Of a stretch of 64,000 nucleotides of DNA, positions 50,937 through 61,094 are shown one piece after another; within the stretch, counting starts at the first letter, position 1, and every line of letters starts with the position of its first letter. The stretch comes from Candidatus Bathyarchaeota archaeon (GTDB lineage Archaea > Thermoproteota > Bathyarchaeia > Bathyarchaeales > Bathycorpusculaceae): contig CAWEPZ010000013.1 of the NCBI GenBank assembly GCA_963811105.1, positions 128,001 to 192,000 on the forward strand. Reading direction: 5' to 3'. The position numbers and the translations under genes are program-made. A model generated the notes under the pieces. It was not told the DNA's origin, did no database searches, and was given only the letters and a program-made list of their open reading frames with translations.

Positions 50937-52397
50937 CTACCTGCTTACGTGTACAGGCGGAATTCGATCATGCCAAGGGATTTTCTGTTCGAGTGCACTT
51001 GCAAGACGAATCAGTCCGCCTTCGTCTCCAAACCTCGCCATAAACTGGACTCCTATGGGTAGACCTGATTTACTTTGACCGAGAGGCAAAGATATTGCTG
51101 GTTGTCCTGTAATGTTTGCCGCTGGCGGATGAATACGGATTTCATCGTTGAGACGCATGTAACCTACGTAGTCGATGTCTTTACGCATTTTCGTGTATGT
51201 CCCAATCGGCTGTGGCAGTTTGACTAGCGTTGGCGTTAGCAACATATCGTACTGTTTAAAAAAGTCGCCAAAAGTTCGCGCAAATTTATTTAGCCAGAAT
51301 TCAGTCATTATCATGTCGGCTCCTGTGAGTCCCTTGGAGTAATTATAGAAAGATAGCATAACAGGCTCCAAGGTCTCTTCGCTGATTGGCCTTTTCGTCA
51401 TGGCGGCAAACATATCAAACCCTGCATATAATCCAAAGGACCAAGCAATGCATGTGAAATGCAGGTACTCTTCATAATCAAAAACTGGACTATCCTCAAC
51501 TAACTCATGACCGGCGCTTCTCAGTTCTGAGACCACTTGCTCCATACAGTGGACAATTTCTGGATCAACTTTGGCGCCAGGCTGCCAAGAGTCAGTGGTC
51601 CACGCTATTCGCAGGCGACCGGTTGACACGTTGACTTCTTGGGCGTAGGGCCGTGTTGGTTGAGTTATGATATATGGGTCTCCTGGTACAGGTGCCGATA
51701 CTTGGTCTAGCATCAAAGCGGTGTCACGGACCGTTTTACTCAAGAGGAACTCCACTAACATTCCAGGCCACATGTCTCCCATGTCTGGTGCAAGGGATAC
51801 TCGTCCGCGCGAGGGTTTAAGTCCCACTATCCCGCAAGCGCTTGCTGGAATGCGGATTGAGCCGCCGTTATCACTGCCATGTGCCATCGGCACTATACCA
51901 GCTGCTATGCTAGCAGCAGAGCCACCGCTAGAACCACCAGCCATTTTGTTAAGATCCCACGGGTTACGAGTAGCCCCTGTCAGCTCAGATTCTGCCGAGG
52001 GCCCTAATCCGAATTCAGGTGTTGTAGTTCGACCCATCAGGTTTAAACCAGACTTCTTGAAAAGCTCTGTCAGCAACGAGTCTTTTTCTGAGACAAATCC
52101 CTTCATTAGTCTAGAACCGCTCTCTTGACGGCGGCCTGCTTGTTGAGCGCCGACATCCTTCATCAAGAATGGCACGCCAGCAAATGGACCAGTAAACACT
52201 TGATCGCCAGCTTCTTTGACTCGGTCAGAAAACACCTCAATTATGGCGTGGATACGAGGGTTGACTTTTTCAACGGCTTCAACAAAAAGTTCAACGAGTT
52301 CTTTTGGTGATATTTCGCTTTGCCTAACCAGGCTGGCTAAAGCTATGCCATCGTATTTTGAATATTCAGTTAAGTTCATCCGGTCCTTCTCCTTCAT
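50937..52397 (-). CDS. Amidase-signature family amidase
   Basis: GVPFLMKD, AGGSSGGSAA, GSDNGGSIRIPA..GLKPSRGR. Confidence 0.95.
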   Translation of the reverse strand: MKEKDRMNLTEYSKYDGIALASLVRQSEISPKELVELFVEAVEKVNPRIHAIIEVFSDRVKEAGDQVFTGPFAGVPFLMKDVGAQQAGRRQESGSRLMKGFVSEKDSLLTELFKKSGLNLMGRTTTPEFGLGPSAESELTGATRNPWDLNKMAGGSSGGSAASIAAGIVPMAHGSDNGGSIRIPASACGIVGLKPSRGRVSLAPDMGDMWPGMLVEFLLSKTVRDTALMLDQVSAPVPGDPYIITQPTRPYAQEVNVSTGRLRIAWTTDSWQPGAKVDPEIVHCMEQVVSELRSAGHELVEDSPVFDYEEYLHFTCIAWSFGLYAGFDMFAAMTKRPISEETLEPVMLSFYNYSKGLTGADMIMTEFWLNKFARTFGDFFKQYDMLLTPTLVKLPQPIGTYTKMRKDIDYVGYMRLNDEIRIHPPAANITGQPAISLPLGQSKSGLPIGVQFMARFGDEGGLIRLASALEQKIPWHDRIPPVHVSR

Positions 52398-53601
52398 CCT
52401 GAGTAAGGAATGGGTCTTTTTCGCCTATCGAGTGATACATTGCCAAACGGAGTGCATTTTGTCTTGGGTCTGACAGGTAGACATCGTTTCTGTTTAGGAT
52501 GTATGCAAATCCGATTTTGCCGTGAGGATCGGCAAAGGCAAGGTATCCACCAAATCCTAGCATACCAAAGGAGCTTGGGTGACCGTAGGGTACTTGTTGG
52601 CTAGGCTTCATAAAACCTAGGGATAATTGCATTCCATCTAATTTCATAACTTCATCGTAGAACCCACAGGTCGGAGGACGAGCAGGTGCCATTAGTTGAT
52701 TTAGAGTTTCCCTACATAATCCAAGTTCCTCTCCACCGTTGGCGAATACACTATATGCCTTTGCCATTGCTCTAGCAGTTCCAATACCTCCTCCAGAAGG
52801 AACTTCAACATTTCGAGGGTAGACAAGTTTTTTGTCCGAGGGCATGTCTCCCCACAGTGCTCGGCGAATGCGTGAATGGGGATTTGCGACCGCAAGCATT
52901 AATGGAATGGGGGCTTTGAATGCTCCAGGTATTGGATTAGCCATGTAGTTTATTGCGAGTCTAGAGTTGGGAATGTCTTCTGGTAGCCCTATGTAAAATT
53001 CCAGATTTAGTGGAACAGCGATTTCCTCATGGAAGAATTGTCCCAAGCTCCTGTGCTTTGAGTCAACTCGCCGAAGCAGCTCACTCTCATAGAAACCCAG
53101 GGTAATCGCATGGTAAGCCTGCCGTGTTCCTGGTTCCCAAGCAGGTTTCTGCCGAGCCAATATGACCGCTAGTTTGTCCAGATCAGCCTCTATCTTTGTA
53201 TCCACACGTTTATCTAACGCAAAGAGCCCTGCCTGGTGCCCTAGCAACTGCCGAATACTGATTTTATCCTTGCCTTGTTGAGCAAACTCTGGCCAATACT
53301 TTGAGACGCAGTCATCATAATCAAACAACCCGCGGGAGTGAGCGAGAGCCATAGTTAGGCCGGCGATTCCCTTAGTAGCGGAGGCGACAAGAGCCATCGT
53401 ATCCTCTTCCCACGGCTCATTTGACTTGTTACGGACGCCGCCCCAAAGGTCAACTACTTTTTCCCCTTGGTAGTAGACACAACAGGCCGCTCCAAGTTCA
53501 TGGCGGCGCTCAAAGTTCTCGACGAACGCTTCGCGCACAGCCTCAAACTCTGGCTTCACAAAACCCGATATTACGCCGTTTTCACCCATATTCTGAGTCA
53601 C
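52366..53601 (-). CDS. Beta-lactamase-fold serine hydrolase (EstA-like)
   Basis: VVDLWGG, SxxK (SATK), LLGHQAGL, WEPG..AYHA. Confidence 0.93.
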   Translation of the reverse strand: MTQNMGENGVISGFVKPEFEAVREAFVENFERRHELGAACCVYYQGEKVVDLWGGVRNKSNEPWEEDTMALVASATKGIAGLTMALAHSRGLFDYDDCVSKYWPEFAQQGKDKISIRQLLGHQAGLFALDKRVDTKIEADLDKLAVILARQKPAWEPGTRQAYHAITLGFYESELLRRVDSKHRSLGQFFHEEIAVPLNLEFYIGLPEDIPNSRLAINYMANPIPGAFKAPIPLMLAVANPHSRIRRALWGDMPSDKKLVYPRNVEVPSGGGIGTARAMAKAYSVFANGGEELGLCRETLNQLMAPARPPTCGFYDEVMKLDGMQLSLGFMKPSQQVPYGHPSSFGMLGFGGYLAFADPHGKIGFAYILNRNDVYLSDPRQNALRLAMYHSIGEKDPFLTQDEGEGPDELN

Positions 53602-53930
53602 TTAGGACCTTATTTCTATAGATTATTTTGCTTTATAAAAATAGCGAGGCGTAAAAAGCGGCGGTATTAATCGGACCCGACTTACATGTAAATTGGGTAT
53701 GAGCCGAGTCATTTAGGGGCAAAAGACAGCTTCTTCAGGTTTTTTCAAGTACTTGCTGCATCATTTACGCCTATTTAATTCAAAAAGCTTTGCTAACTAC
53801 AATTGGTGCTATCGCTGAGTTGCGCCAGAAATCAAGTTCAAAGCCAATTTCTATTACTTTCGGGGCTAAATCGGACCGCCGGACTTGCTGCCAAACAGTT
53901 TGAGCCCTTTGTTGCAAGAACGGTGTTGAT

Positions 53931-53961
53931 GGGGATTCTACCCCCAATTTGCTATGAAAAT
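53931..53961 (+). repeat. Dispersed ~31-bp intergenic repeat, copy 3
   Basis: GGGGATTCTACCCCCAATTTGCTATGAAAAT; 25/31 identical to the 46437 copy. Confidence 0.5.
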
Positions 53962-54073
53962 CGTTGGGTTAACCCGAGAAACTTTCATGCCACTTCTATT
54001 GAAGCTCGCTTCATCAGCTTTACCAGTTAAAAGATGATGAGGCGCGCTTCCTTGCCCCTCCTGAATCTGCCGT

Positions 54074-54250
54074 GCAGCTGAAAAGATTGCTAATAAGCTT
54101 AAAGAGAAGAATATGAACAAGCTGTTGCCTGTTCTGAAAGCTCTTGTATCGGCGGGTTTGAAGGGACAACTAGTGGAATGCGAAATCGATCGGACAAAAG
54201 AATATGCAACGGAACTCGCTGCTAAATTGAAGGAGTTGCCTCAATCTTGA
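54074..54250 (+). pseudogene. Flavodoxin C-terminal remnant
   Basis: AAEKIANKLKEKNM...GLKGQLVECEIDRTKEYATELAAKL*; the N-terminal FMN loop is missing. Confidence 0.45.
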
Positions 54251-54474
54251 ATGCAATAAAACCTTGTTATGAAAAAAAAGCATCAGAGTATTTGTATGAG
54301 AAAACTTGGAAAATTGTGTTGGTTGTTCTCGTCGCCATTTGAGTGATTCCTTTCTATGTTGTGTGATTTCAGAATCTGTTTACTCGTTCCTGACTACTTT
54401 CTTTTATGAGGGGTAATTTTTCTTTTCTACTTCTTTTTTTCTTAGCACAATTGAAGGCTATTTAGGTTGATAGT

Positions 54475-54834
54475 TTATTTGAATTTGTTGGCGAAAATGA
54501 TTCTAAACATGTAAATTGCTGCTATGATATTGATGATTAAGCTTGCTCCGTTGAGCAAATAGACTGAATAATATATTACGTTAAAGGTGTTGAAGGCGAG
54601 GGCATAGATGAGTGTTGAAGTGGCTATTGCTGCTCCTATTTTTCTCATCGATATTAAACCTGTGATCGATAATACCCATAGAACTAGCATTATTGAATTA
54701 TTCAAATCCGCGGCATCGTTAAAGATTGTTAATTCCAATGCATAGAAAATTGCATTGAAAATCATCCACGCTAAAACCGCATATATTCCTAGCGGTCTCT
54801 TGTTTTCTGCTATCTTATTCATGTTTTCTTTCAC
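54475..54834 (-). CDS. 4-TM membrane protein
   Basis: RPLGIY followed by four hydrophobic helices; GAGGAG RBS. Confidence 0.75.
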   Translation of the reverse strand: MKENMNKIAENKRPLGIYAVLAWMIFNAIFYALELTIFNDAADLNNSIMLVLWVLSITGLISMRKIGAAIATSTLIYALAFNTFNVIYYSVYLLNGASLIINIIAAIYMFRIIFANKFK

Positions 54835-54940
54835 CTCCTCAAAGCATCGGTTCGTTTGAAACTACAAATAACGATGTGATAAGTAAACTCTGAAGACAGA
54901 GTTAAGAAAAGGGAATATTTTTAGCGAAGCATTATAAAGA

Positions 54941-55228
54941 CTATTTTGTTTTTATTGCCATTTGCTCAATCTTTGCTTCTTCCATTTGTAGATTCTCATT
55001 TAAACGACGGACGCCGAAATTGTAATGCATGGTGAGTCCAAATCCCCAGCCGATTAGTGGGAAGATGAACCAAGGAAACCCAGGAACTAGCAACAAGTTT
55101 ACAGTGATTAGTATTGAATTGACGATTATGTATGCGGCAAGGTTTGCCATGAATCCTTTCTTTGCTTCTTTTGACCTCATTTCTCGATTAGTCTGTTGGT
55201 ATTGAGCTAGAGTTATTTCTTTGTTCAA
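54941..55228 (-). CDS. 2TM domain protein
   Basis: GFMANLAAYIIVN..L..VN....PWFIFPLIGWGFGL.MH. Confidence 0.85.
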   Translation of the reverse strand: MNKEITLAQYQQTNREMRSKEAKKGFMANLAAYIIVNSILITVNLLLVPGFPWFIFPLIGWGFGLTMHYNFGVRRLNENLQMEEAKIEQMAIKTK

Positions 55229-55256
55229 TTTACCTCACCTCCTGTTTTTTAAAGAA

Positions 55257-56117
55257 TCAAGTATAGTAAACTGGAGATCCCCGCTTCTTCTTAGGGGCAC
55301 CAATGATCTTGGCAAGCCATTTCATCCTAAACGTTTGGCTTCTTGCCTCATTAGGGCAAATTCTCCAGCAATTCCCACAGCCAATACAATACTTCTCCAA
55401 AGAGTTGACACTCATGAGAGTTTCATTGTCTATACAGCCCATTGGACAAGCATTAACACAGGCTTGACATTTTGTACACTTGTCGGATTCTGCCGCTGAT
55501 GTACCCAATAAATTCAAAACCCTTTTTTCTTTGGTGAATTTCAGTTTAAAAGGTATTTTGGCGGATTGTATTGATTCGAGAGATGAGATGTCTGAACCAC
55601 TCAGTCCTTTTTGGCGAACAGCCAAGCCAAATTCTTTAGCAACAGCCAAATCCCTTTCATCAGGGCGACCAATCGTGCTCTTTGCGTCCATTCCGTGATA
55701 CTCTTTAAAGAAATGCTCGCCAATAAATTCTCCCGCACCAATAACTTTGAAACCTTTTTCTGAGATTAAGTTTACAAGTTGCTTTAGCGCTATGCCTACT
55801 TCCACATCTCCATATACTGATACGGCAACAGCCGATGTCTTGTTTGTGAGACCGCCCAGAGCATCAGACAATCTTTTGTTTGCTATCAAGGGCAACCGTG
55901 AGGCATAAACAGGAGAACCCACAACCCACAAATCCACATCGTCAAAGACTTTATTATCATAATTATTTGGTATAGTCAAATCCATGCGAATTGGTGATGC
56001 TGAACTGATTGATGCAGCAATTTTTTCAATAATTTTTCGAGTGGTTCCTGTTGGCGAAAAATACATAAGCCCAACAGTTAAATCTGCTGGGGATTGGCTC
56101 TTATCGTTTTTTGTCAT
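55257..56117 (-). CDS. EFR1-like flavodoxin + 4Fe-4S ferredoxin fusion
   Basis: YFSPTGTT, GSPVYA, GRPDE.D; CTKCQACVNACP and CIGCGNCWRICP. Confidence 0.9.
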   Translation of the reverse strand: MTKNDKSQSPADLTVGLMYFSPTGTTRKIIEKIAASISSASPIRMDLTIPNNYDNKVFDDVDLWVVGSPVYASRLPLIANKRLSDALGGLTNKTSAVAVSVYGDVEVGIALKQLVNLISEKGFKVIGAGEFIGEHFFKEYHGMDAKSTIGRPDERDLAVAKEFGLAVRQKGLSGSDISSLESIQSAKIPFKLKFTKEKRVLNLLGTSAAESDKCTKCQACVNACPMGCIDNETLMSVNSLEKYCIGCGNCWRICPNEARSQTFRMKWLAKIIGAPKKKRGSPVYYT

Positions 56118-56376
56118 GGACATATTCCTCTACCGCCGTGACCTCATTTTTTTCGTCCTTCTTAATTTCGCAGGGTGAAAGGTTAATTCTTAAAACGCCT
56201 GTGTCACCAGTGACTTCTAAGACTGTGCCTTCAACAAATTCAGCGTGTAGTAACTCACCTATACTGCCTTCGATCAAAACATTTTCGCGACTGCCTTGAG
56301 TTAAATTCACGTTCTTGAGATTAAATCTAGATTTTAACTCTACCGAGAAGAAAAGTTCTTTCAACTTTTTCTCCAT
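56101..56376 (-). CDS. Conserved-looking hypothetical protein
   Basis: MEKKLKELFFSVELKS...VLIEGSIGEL...VLEVTG..GVLRINL; GAGG RBS upstream of ATG 56376. Confidence 0.7.
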   Translation of the reverse strand: MEKKLKELFFSVELKSRFNLKNVNLTQGSRENVLIEGSIGELLHAEFVEGTVLEVTGDTGVLRINLSPCEIKKDEKNEVTAVEEYVHDKKR

Positions 56377-56501
56377 AATTTTTTCCTCACAATAATCAAT
56401 GGGATTTAATAGCCATAAATTATATCTTGCAAGAATGTGTAATAGTAAACATTGCTGAGAGTAGTTCACGTTCAAGTGAACCGATCGAGTGCTTGTCACA
56501 A

Positions 56502-57257
56502 ATGGAAAGTCAAGAAGGATTAGACAGATTGTTTTTTGAGCTTGCAAGCGAAAGCAGGTTAGGAATACTGCGAGCGCTTCAAGAGAATGATCTTCGAATG
56601 CTAGAAATCGCTCGATGTCTAAACCTAACGGATACAGAAACCTGCAGGCAACTGCAGCGATTGAGCGATGCTCGTCTAGTTCAAAAACAGGCCGATGGAA
56701 CTTACAGGATAACAACTTACGCGAAGATAGTTCTTTCCACTTCATCCCATTTAGATTTCATCTTCAAGCATAGGGAATACTTTCTTGAACATGACTCGTC
56801 TTTCCTCCCAGTCGAATATCGCGCTAGATTTGGAGAACTATCAGGAGGAAAACTTACACCCACCACGATGGAAACTTTGAACAAAGTGACAGTAATGCTC
56901 AGGAATGCCCAGAACAGAATCGACGGAACGATAGAGGTTGGTTTCGATCTTCATCTTCAGATTATGAGACAACGGCTCCTTGAGGGTGTGAAAGTCAGGT
57001 GGCTTATTCAGGAGAGCTTTCTCAACACGGCCAAATCAATGCTTAGTTCTACGGAGAAGCTTCCCGAAATTAGATCTACGCCTAGAATTTTCTGGCACCT
57101 CTATCAAACAGAGAAAGCGGCAGCTTTCTGTCTCCGACAGAACGACGGAACGATGAGCTATTCCGCCTTCTTTGGAGAAGATGCATCTTTTCTAAAATGG
57201 GCAAACGATTTGTATACGTATGATTGGGAGAAAGCAAAACCAATCCGACTTCGTTAA
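56502..57257 (+). CDS. ArsR-type HTH + DUF1724-like transcriptional regulator
   Basis: LFFELASESRLGIL...RQLQRL.DARLVQK...Y.IT.YA; tail FLKWANDLY..DWEKAK. Confidence 0.85.
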   Translation: MESQEGLDRLFFELASESRLGILRALQENDLRMLEIARCLNLTDTETCRQLQRLSDARLVQKQADGTYRITTYAKIVLSTSSHLDFIFKHREYFLEHDSSFLPVEYRARFGELSGGKLTPTTMETLNKVTVMLRNAQNRIDGTIEVGFDLHLQIMRQRLLEGVKVRWLIQESFLNTAKSMLSSTEKLPEIRSTPRIFWHLYQTEKAAAFCLRQNDGTMSYSAFFGEDASFLKWANDLYTYDWEKAKPIRLR

Positions 57258-57344
57258 GTCTACCATAAGCATTGTGTGACTCATTCCGAACCCACAGCCG
57301 AAACGATTCTGACCAATTAATTTCGTCGGTAAGAGCAGTAGAAG

Positions 57345-57375
57345 GGGGATCCTAGCACCATTTTTCCAGTAAAAA
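57345..57375 (+). repeat. Dispersed ~31-bp intergenic repeat, copy 4
   Basis: GGGGATCCTAGCACCATTTTTCCAGTAAAAA. Confidence 0.7.
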
Positions 57376-57710
57376 TTAATTGCGAGCAAGTCCGCTGGTT
57401 TGCGCTCAATACATTTAACAAGTCCTCATTTTTCGATGGAGTAAAAGAATGGCGGGCTCGCTGTAATTTGAACATAGACTCACTGGCGATGTTTACGAAA
57501 ACAATCGCCATTCTTCTTTCTACACACCCACTTTTCCTTTTTTTGAGCATTCTTTTCCCAAGCTCCAACCGAAACCTCTTTTGAGAGCTGTTGGTGCTTT
57601 TCCAAATATTTCTTCAATTGCCGATAAAAAGCTACAGGAAATGGAGAAACTAAAGTTAAAAATGTTCTTTAATGTTTCAGGTATGTTAGTTTTGAAGGTC
57701 GAAGTAAAGC

Positions 57711-58070
57711 ATGATTCTTGAGGCTTATGTAACTATCATGGTTTCCAACGTGAATAAAGCAATAGCCTTCTATGACGAGACTATGGGCTTAAAATTAAGA
57801 AAAAAGTACAATTCCAAATATGCGGAATTTCAAGTTAACAGACTGGTAATTGGACTTCACCTTAAAGACCGCGAAACTTCAGACGTATGCAAAACAAACT
57901 CTGTTTTAGTTGGTTTTAGAGTTGAAGAATTAAACAGCTCGGTTTCTGAACTTAAGAATAGAGGCGTAAAATTTTCTACCGAAATAGAAGAAGGCGCTGG
58001 AGGAAGATTCGCCTACTTCACAGACCCAGATGGAAATCCACTTTATCTTTGGCAAAGCTTAACTCATTAA
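57711..58070 (+). CDS. VOC/glyoxalase family protein
   Basis: VSNVNKAIAFY..MGL; GRFAYFTDPDGN. Confidence 0.92.
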   Translation: MILEAYVTIMVSNVNKAIAFYDETMGLKLRKKYNSKYAEFQVNRLVIGLHLKDRETSDVCKTNSVLVGFRVEELNSSVSELKNRGVKFSTEIEEGAGGRFAYFTDPDGNPLYLWQSLTH

Positions 58071-58353
58071 CAATTTTCAGGCGAAGAACAGCCTGGAAAA
58101 ACAAATCGAATAAATGGGTCGTACTATTTCCTTTTTTTCCGTGAACAAAATAATCGACAATGAAAAAAGTAAAGTAGCGGTCGGGGGAAAAGTAAAATAT
58201 ACTTTCAAAAAGTGGCCATACTCCGACAGTAAACGTAAAAAATACTGAAAATGACATTACTTTATGTTCGTTGAACGATGGGTTTGACGCTTTAAGAAAG
58301 CTTTGGCTTAGTAACTGTTACAGGTTAGCAAATCGTGATAATTATGCTTGTTT

Positions 58354-59616
58354 TTACGCAAAAGGTGCGCCGCCTGTCTCCAGCATGTAGGATCCCACTA
58401 TTAACATCCCCGTCATGACTGCAAAAATCATGATTCCAATCCAACGGTTCTTGCTATAAATTATTGCTGATACCCAGTAGATCGGAAGCATAGGTATGGC
58501 ATAACGTATGATACTGTAGACCCATGATTGGTATATTATTACAAAGATCATTGAAGCGTAAAAAGCCCAGTACTTTAGTAGTTTAGATTCTTGAATTAAG
58601 TTGTTTTTGATTGACCCAATGCGTAGACGGCTAACAAAATAAGCGGTCGGCAAAAATATCAGTATTAAAGCGATACTATAGAATGCGGATATCTTCAAGC
58701 TTCCACTAAACATTTGGGCTAGCTGGGTGGTGAGAAGAGGGTAAATACCCCAGTTTAGATTGTGTGATATTACTGTGATTGGAAAGACTCCGCCGGCAAC
58801 TTCATAGCCTATAAGTTGAAAAATCAGGAATGGTGAGGCAACGACCACTGAGCTTATTAAGAGTTTAAGGCTTTTTGGCTTGTTTTTTATTGATTGGAGA
58901 GCGTAAATGAGGAAAGGTATACTTATCAAAAGACCATCACTTCTAGTGAAGGATGCTAAGAATCCAAGCAGTACTGCCAATGGTAGTTTGTCTTCTTCGA
59001 GATAGAAAAACGCTCCTAAGGCCAAAGCCATAAATGTTGCCTCGCTGTAAATGGCGGAATAGAATGCTGCTGCAATCCAGAACGAGTAGAATGCTGTCGC
59101 GGCTAGGGCTATTTTGGTTGATGAAAAGATTTTGTTTGTCAGTTTATAAAAAAAGTAAACGCTTACGAAGAATGCTATGTTGGATATTATAAAGCCTGAT
59201 AATACTGTTGCGTTGGTTAATTGTGCTGGGTTGTTTGAAACGAGAAGCATGAACGGTATTTGTAAAGCTTTAATTAATGCTGGGTAGACTGGGAAGAAAG
59301 CCCAATCAGGCTTGGCCAACACAGCAGTGGATGAATAGAAACTCATGTTTCTGCTGGTCCAATAGCTGATATCTGGCGTACCAAGTGGGTAGCCGGTCCT
59401 TGCTATGCTTATGTAATATCCGGAGTCAGTTCGGTAGAATAAGTTTGCTATCGGAACTGGATTGGTTATGTGTGCTGCTGGCTGTAGACTTGAAGTTGTG
59501 AAAAGAACGCTGCAGAGGATAAATACCGCAATAACTAATATGCGAGAACTCAAACCGATCAGTAGAGCTCTATGTATATCATTCATTGATTGCAGCGCCC
59601 CTAGGCTCTTTCTCAA
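58354..59616 (-). CDS. PIG-V-like mannosyltransferase (GT-C)
   Basis: DSGYYISIA..GY, AFFPVYP, YSEATF, FTRSDG, RYAIPMLP. Confidence 0.85.
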   Translation of the reverse strand: MRKSLGALQSMNDIHRALLIGLSSRILVIAVFILCSVLFTTSSLQPAAHITNPVPIANLFYRTDSGYYISIARTGYPLGTPDISYWTSRNMSFYSSTAVLAKPDWAFFPVYPALIKALQIPFMLLVSNNPAQLTNATVLSGFIISNIAFFVSVYFFYKLTNKIFSSTKIALAATAFYSFWIAAAFYSAIYSEATFMALALGAFFYLEEDKLPLAVLLGFLASFTRSDGLLISIPFLIYALQSIKNKPKSLKLLISSVVVASPFLIFQLIGYEVAGGVFPITVISHNLNWGIYPLLTTQLAQMFSGSLKISAFYSIALILIFLPTAYFVSRLRIGSIKNNLIQESKLLKYWAFYASMIFVIIYQSWVYSIIRYAIPMLPIYWVSAIIYSKNRWIGIMIFAVMTGMLIVGSYMLETGGAPFA

Positions 59617-59943
59617 TTCTGGTGTTAGCGTTATTAATAAGGGTTAATCCTAACCTGAGACCACGTCAAATATCAATTGTAAGTTGTGTTAGTTAGCGCG
59701 TGGCTGTTCCGAAATGGTCAAGAGTGACAAATAATTCGCCTTTTGGCACAACGCCCTGTAAGCTGTTTCTATTCAGAACCCATGCTCTTACCCACAGCCT
59801 AAATGCAAGTAGCTGACTTTTAACCATTTTTAACCATTTCAGCAACAAGCGCATACCTTAATCATAAAGTGCAAAGCCCGCTGGAAAACGAACTCTAAAC
59901 ATCCATGACAGAAATTATACCGGGGATGGGCTTTTGAGTTGAG

Positions 59944-60780
59944 GTGCGATTCCCTTCCCCGTTTAGGTTCAAAGAAATGGCTTGCGTACGTATTCCTTGG
60001 AATATCGGTTTTCAAAAATAGCATCTCCCATCGCCGTAAGAGTTACCGTTCCCGGACTCGAATTTATGCCGAAAAATCCTCTTTTTTCTTATTAAAGCAC
60101 GTTCTTTTCATTTGGCTTAAGCTATCCCGACCTACCGTAAGAAGTTAATTGGGCGTTAATAAGTTGGTTGAGAAAATGTATGTGTGAGGTTGTAGTAACA
60201 AATGTTTAAACATCAGCGATTGTTACTAGTGATTTGAGTGTTTTTTTTACAGAAGAATAATCTCTAAGGACTTGTTTAATTTATGGCCGAGAATAAGCGT
60301 AGCATACTGATAATTGATGATAACCCTTCTATTCTGAGATCTATGACTCGAGTTTTGAGTAGAGAAGGTTACGATCTTTTTACTGCGCAAACGGGCAAAG
60401 AGGCTTCAGAAAAACTGTCGACCAAAAAGTTTGATGTGGCTTTGATTGATGTTGGTTTAGGTGAAACATTGGGTACAGATCTGTTGCCTCTGATGAATAA
60501 AGTAGCCCCCAGTATGTTGAAGATTGTACTCACTGGTACGCCTATGTCAAATGGTACGCTTGACGAGGTAAATAGAGGAGCCGACGTATTTCTGCTTAAA
60601 GCCCGTTAAACCAGAAACACTAATTGGAATCCTCGAAGAAAAACTTAAAGGGAAAACAAGTACATTTTCAACGCACTGAAATTATGCTCGTGAATCAGCT
60701 GGCCTGAGTATGGGTTTATGCTAAAAAGCTGGAGATGGAGTCTGATTCTAAGTGCGATTTCCTACCCCGTTTAGCTTTAA
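59944..60780 (+). repeat. 29-bp imperfect direct repeats flanking a response-regulator gene
   Basis: GTGCGATTCCCTTCCCCGTTTAGGTTCAA (59944-59972) vs GTGCGATTTCCTACCCCGTTTAGCTTTAA (60752-60780), 25/29 identical. Confidence 0.65.
60283..60679 (+). pseudogene. Stand-alone response regulator receiver, frameshift near the C-terminus
   Basis: ILIIDDN, ALIDVGL, VLTG; an extra base near 60600 moves KPVKPETLIGILEEKLK out of frame. Confidence 0.8.
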
Positions 60781-61094
60781 GGCAGAAATTTGCATAAATA
60801 TTACCGATCCTCCACTTGCCAATCTGGCTTATAAAAATGTACATCAAACGTTACTAGTGCGCAATCCTTTGGATGGAAAAAAATTTATCATCCGTTTGCC
60901 CCCTATAAAGAAATAATCGGCTACGGACTTGAGCATCCATTCTTGGATTTAATCCTCAATTTACTTGCAAATCTGAGAAGTGGCGGTAACCACATGGTTA
61001 TTGAGGAACGCTTTTTTAAGCTTCTTAACTCATCTTTGGGAAGTCTTATATGCAGACTTGAACTGTCATATATCCGATTTTGTGGGGAAGAAGT

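Noticed and set aside
56377-56745. N-terminal extension of ORF 56101-56745 and other long antisense ORFs (e.g. 9230-9574, 16890-17360, 51667-52128)
   Set aside because: They are shadows of well-supported genes on the opposite strand and have no motifs of their own.
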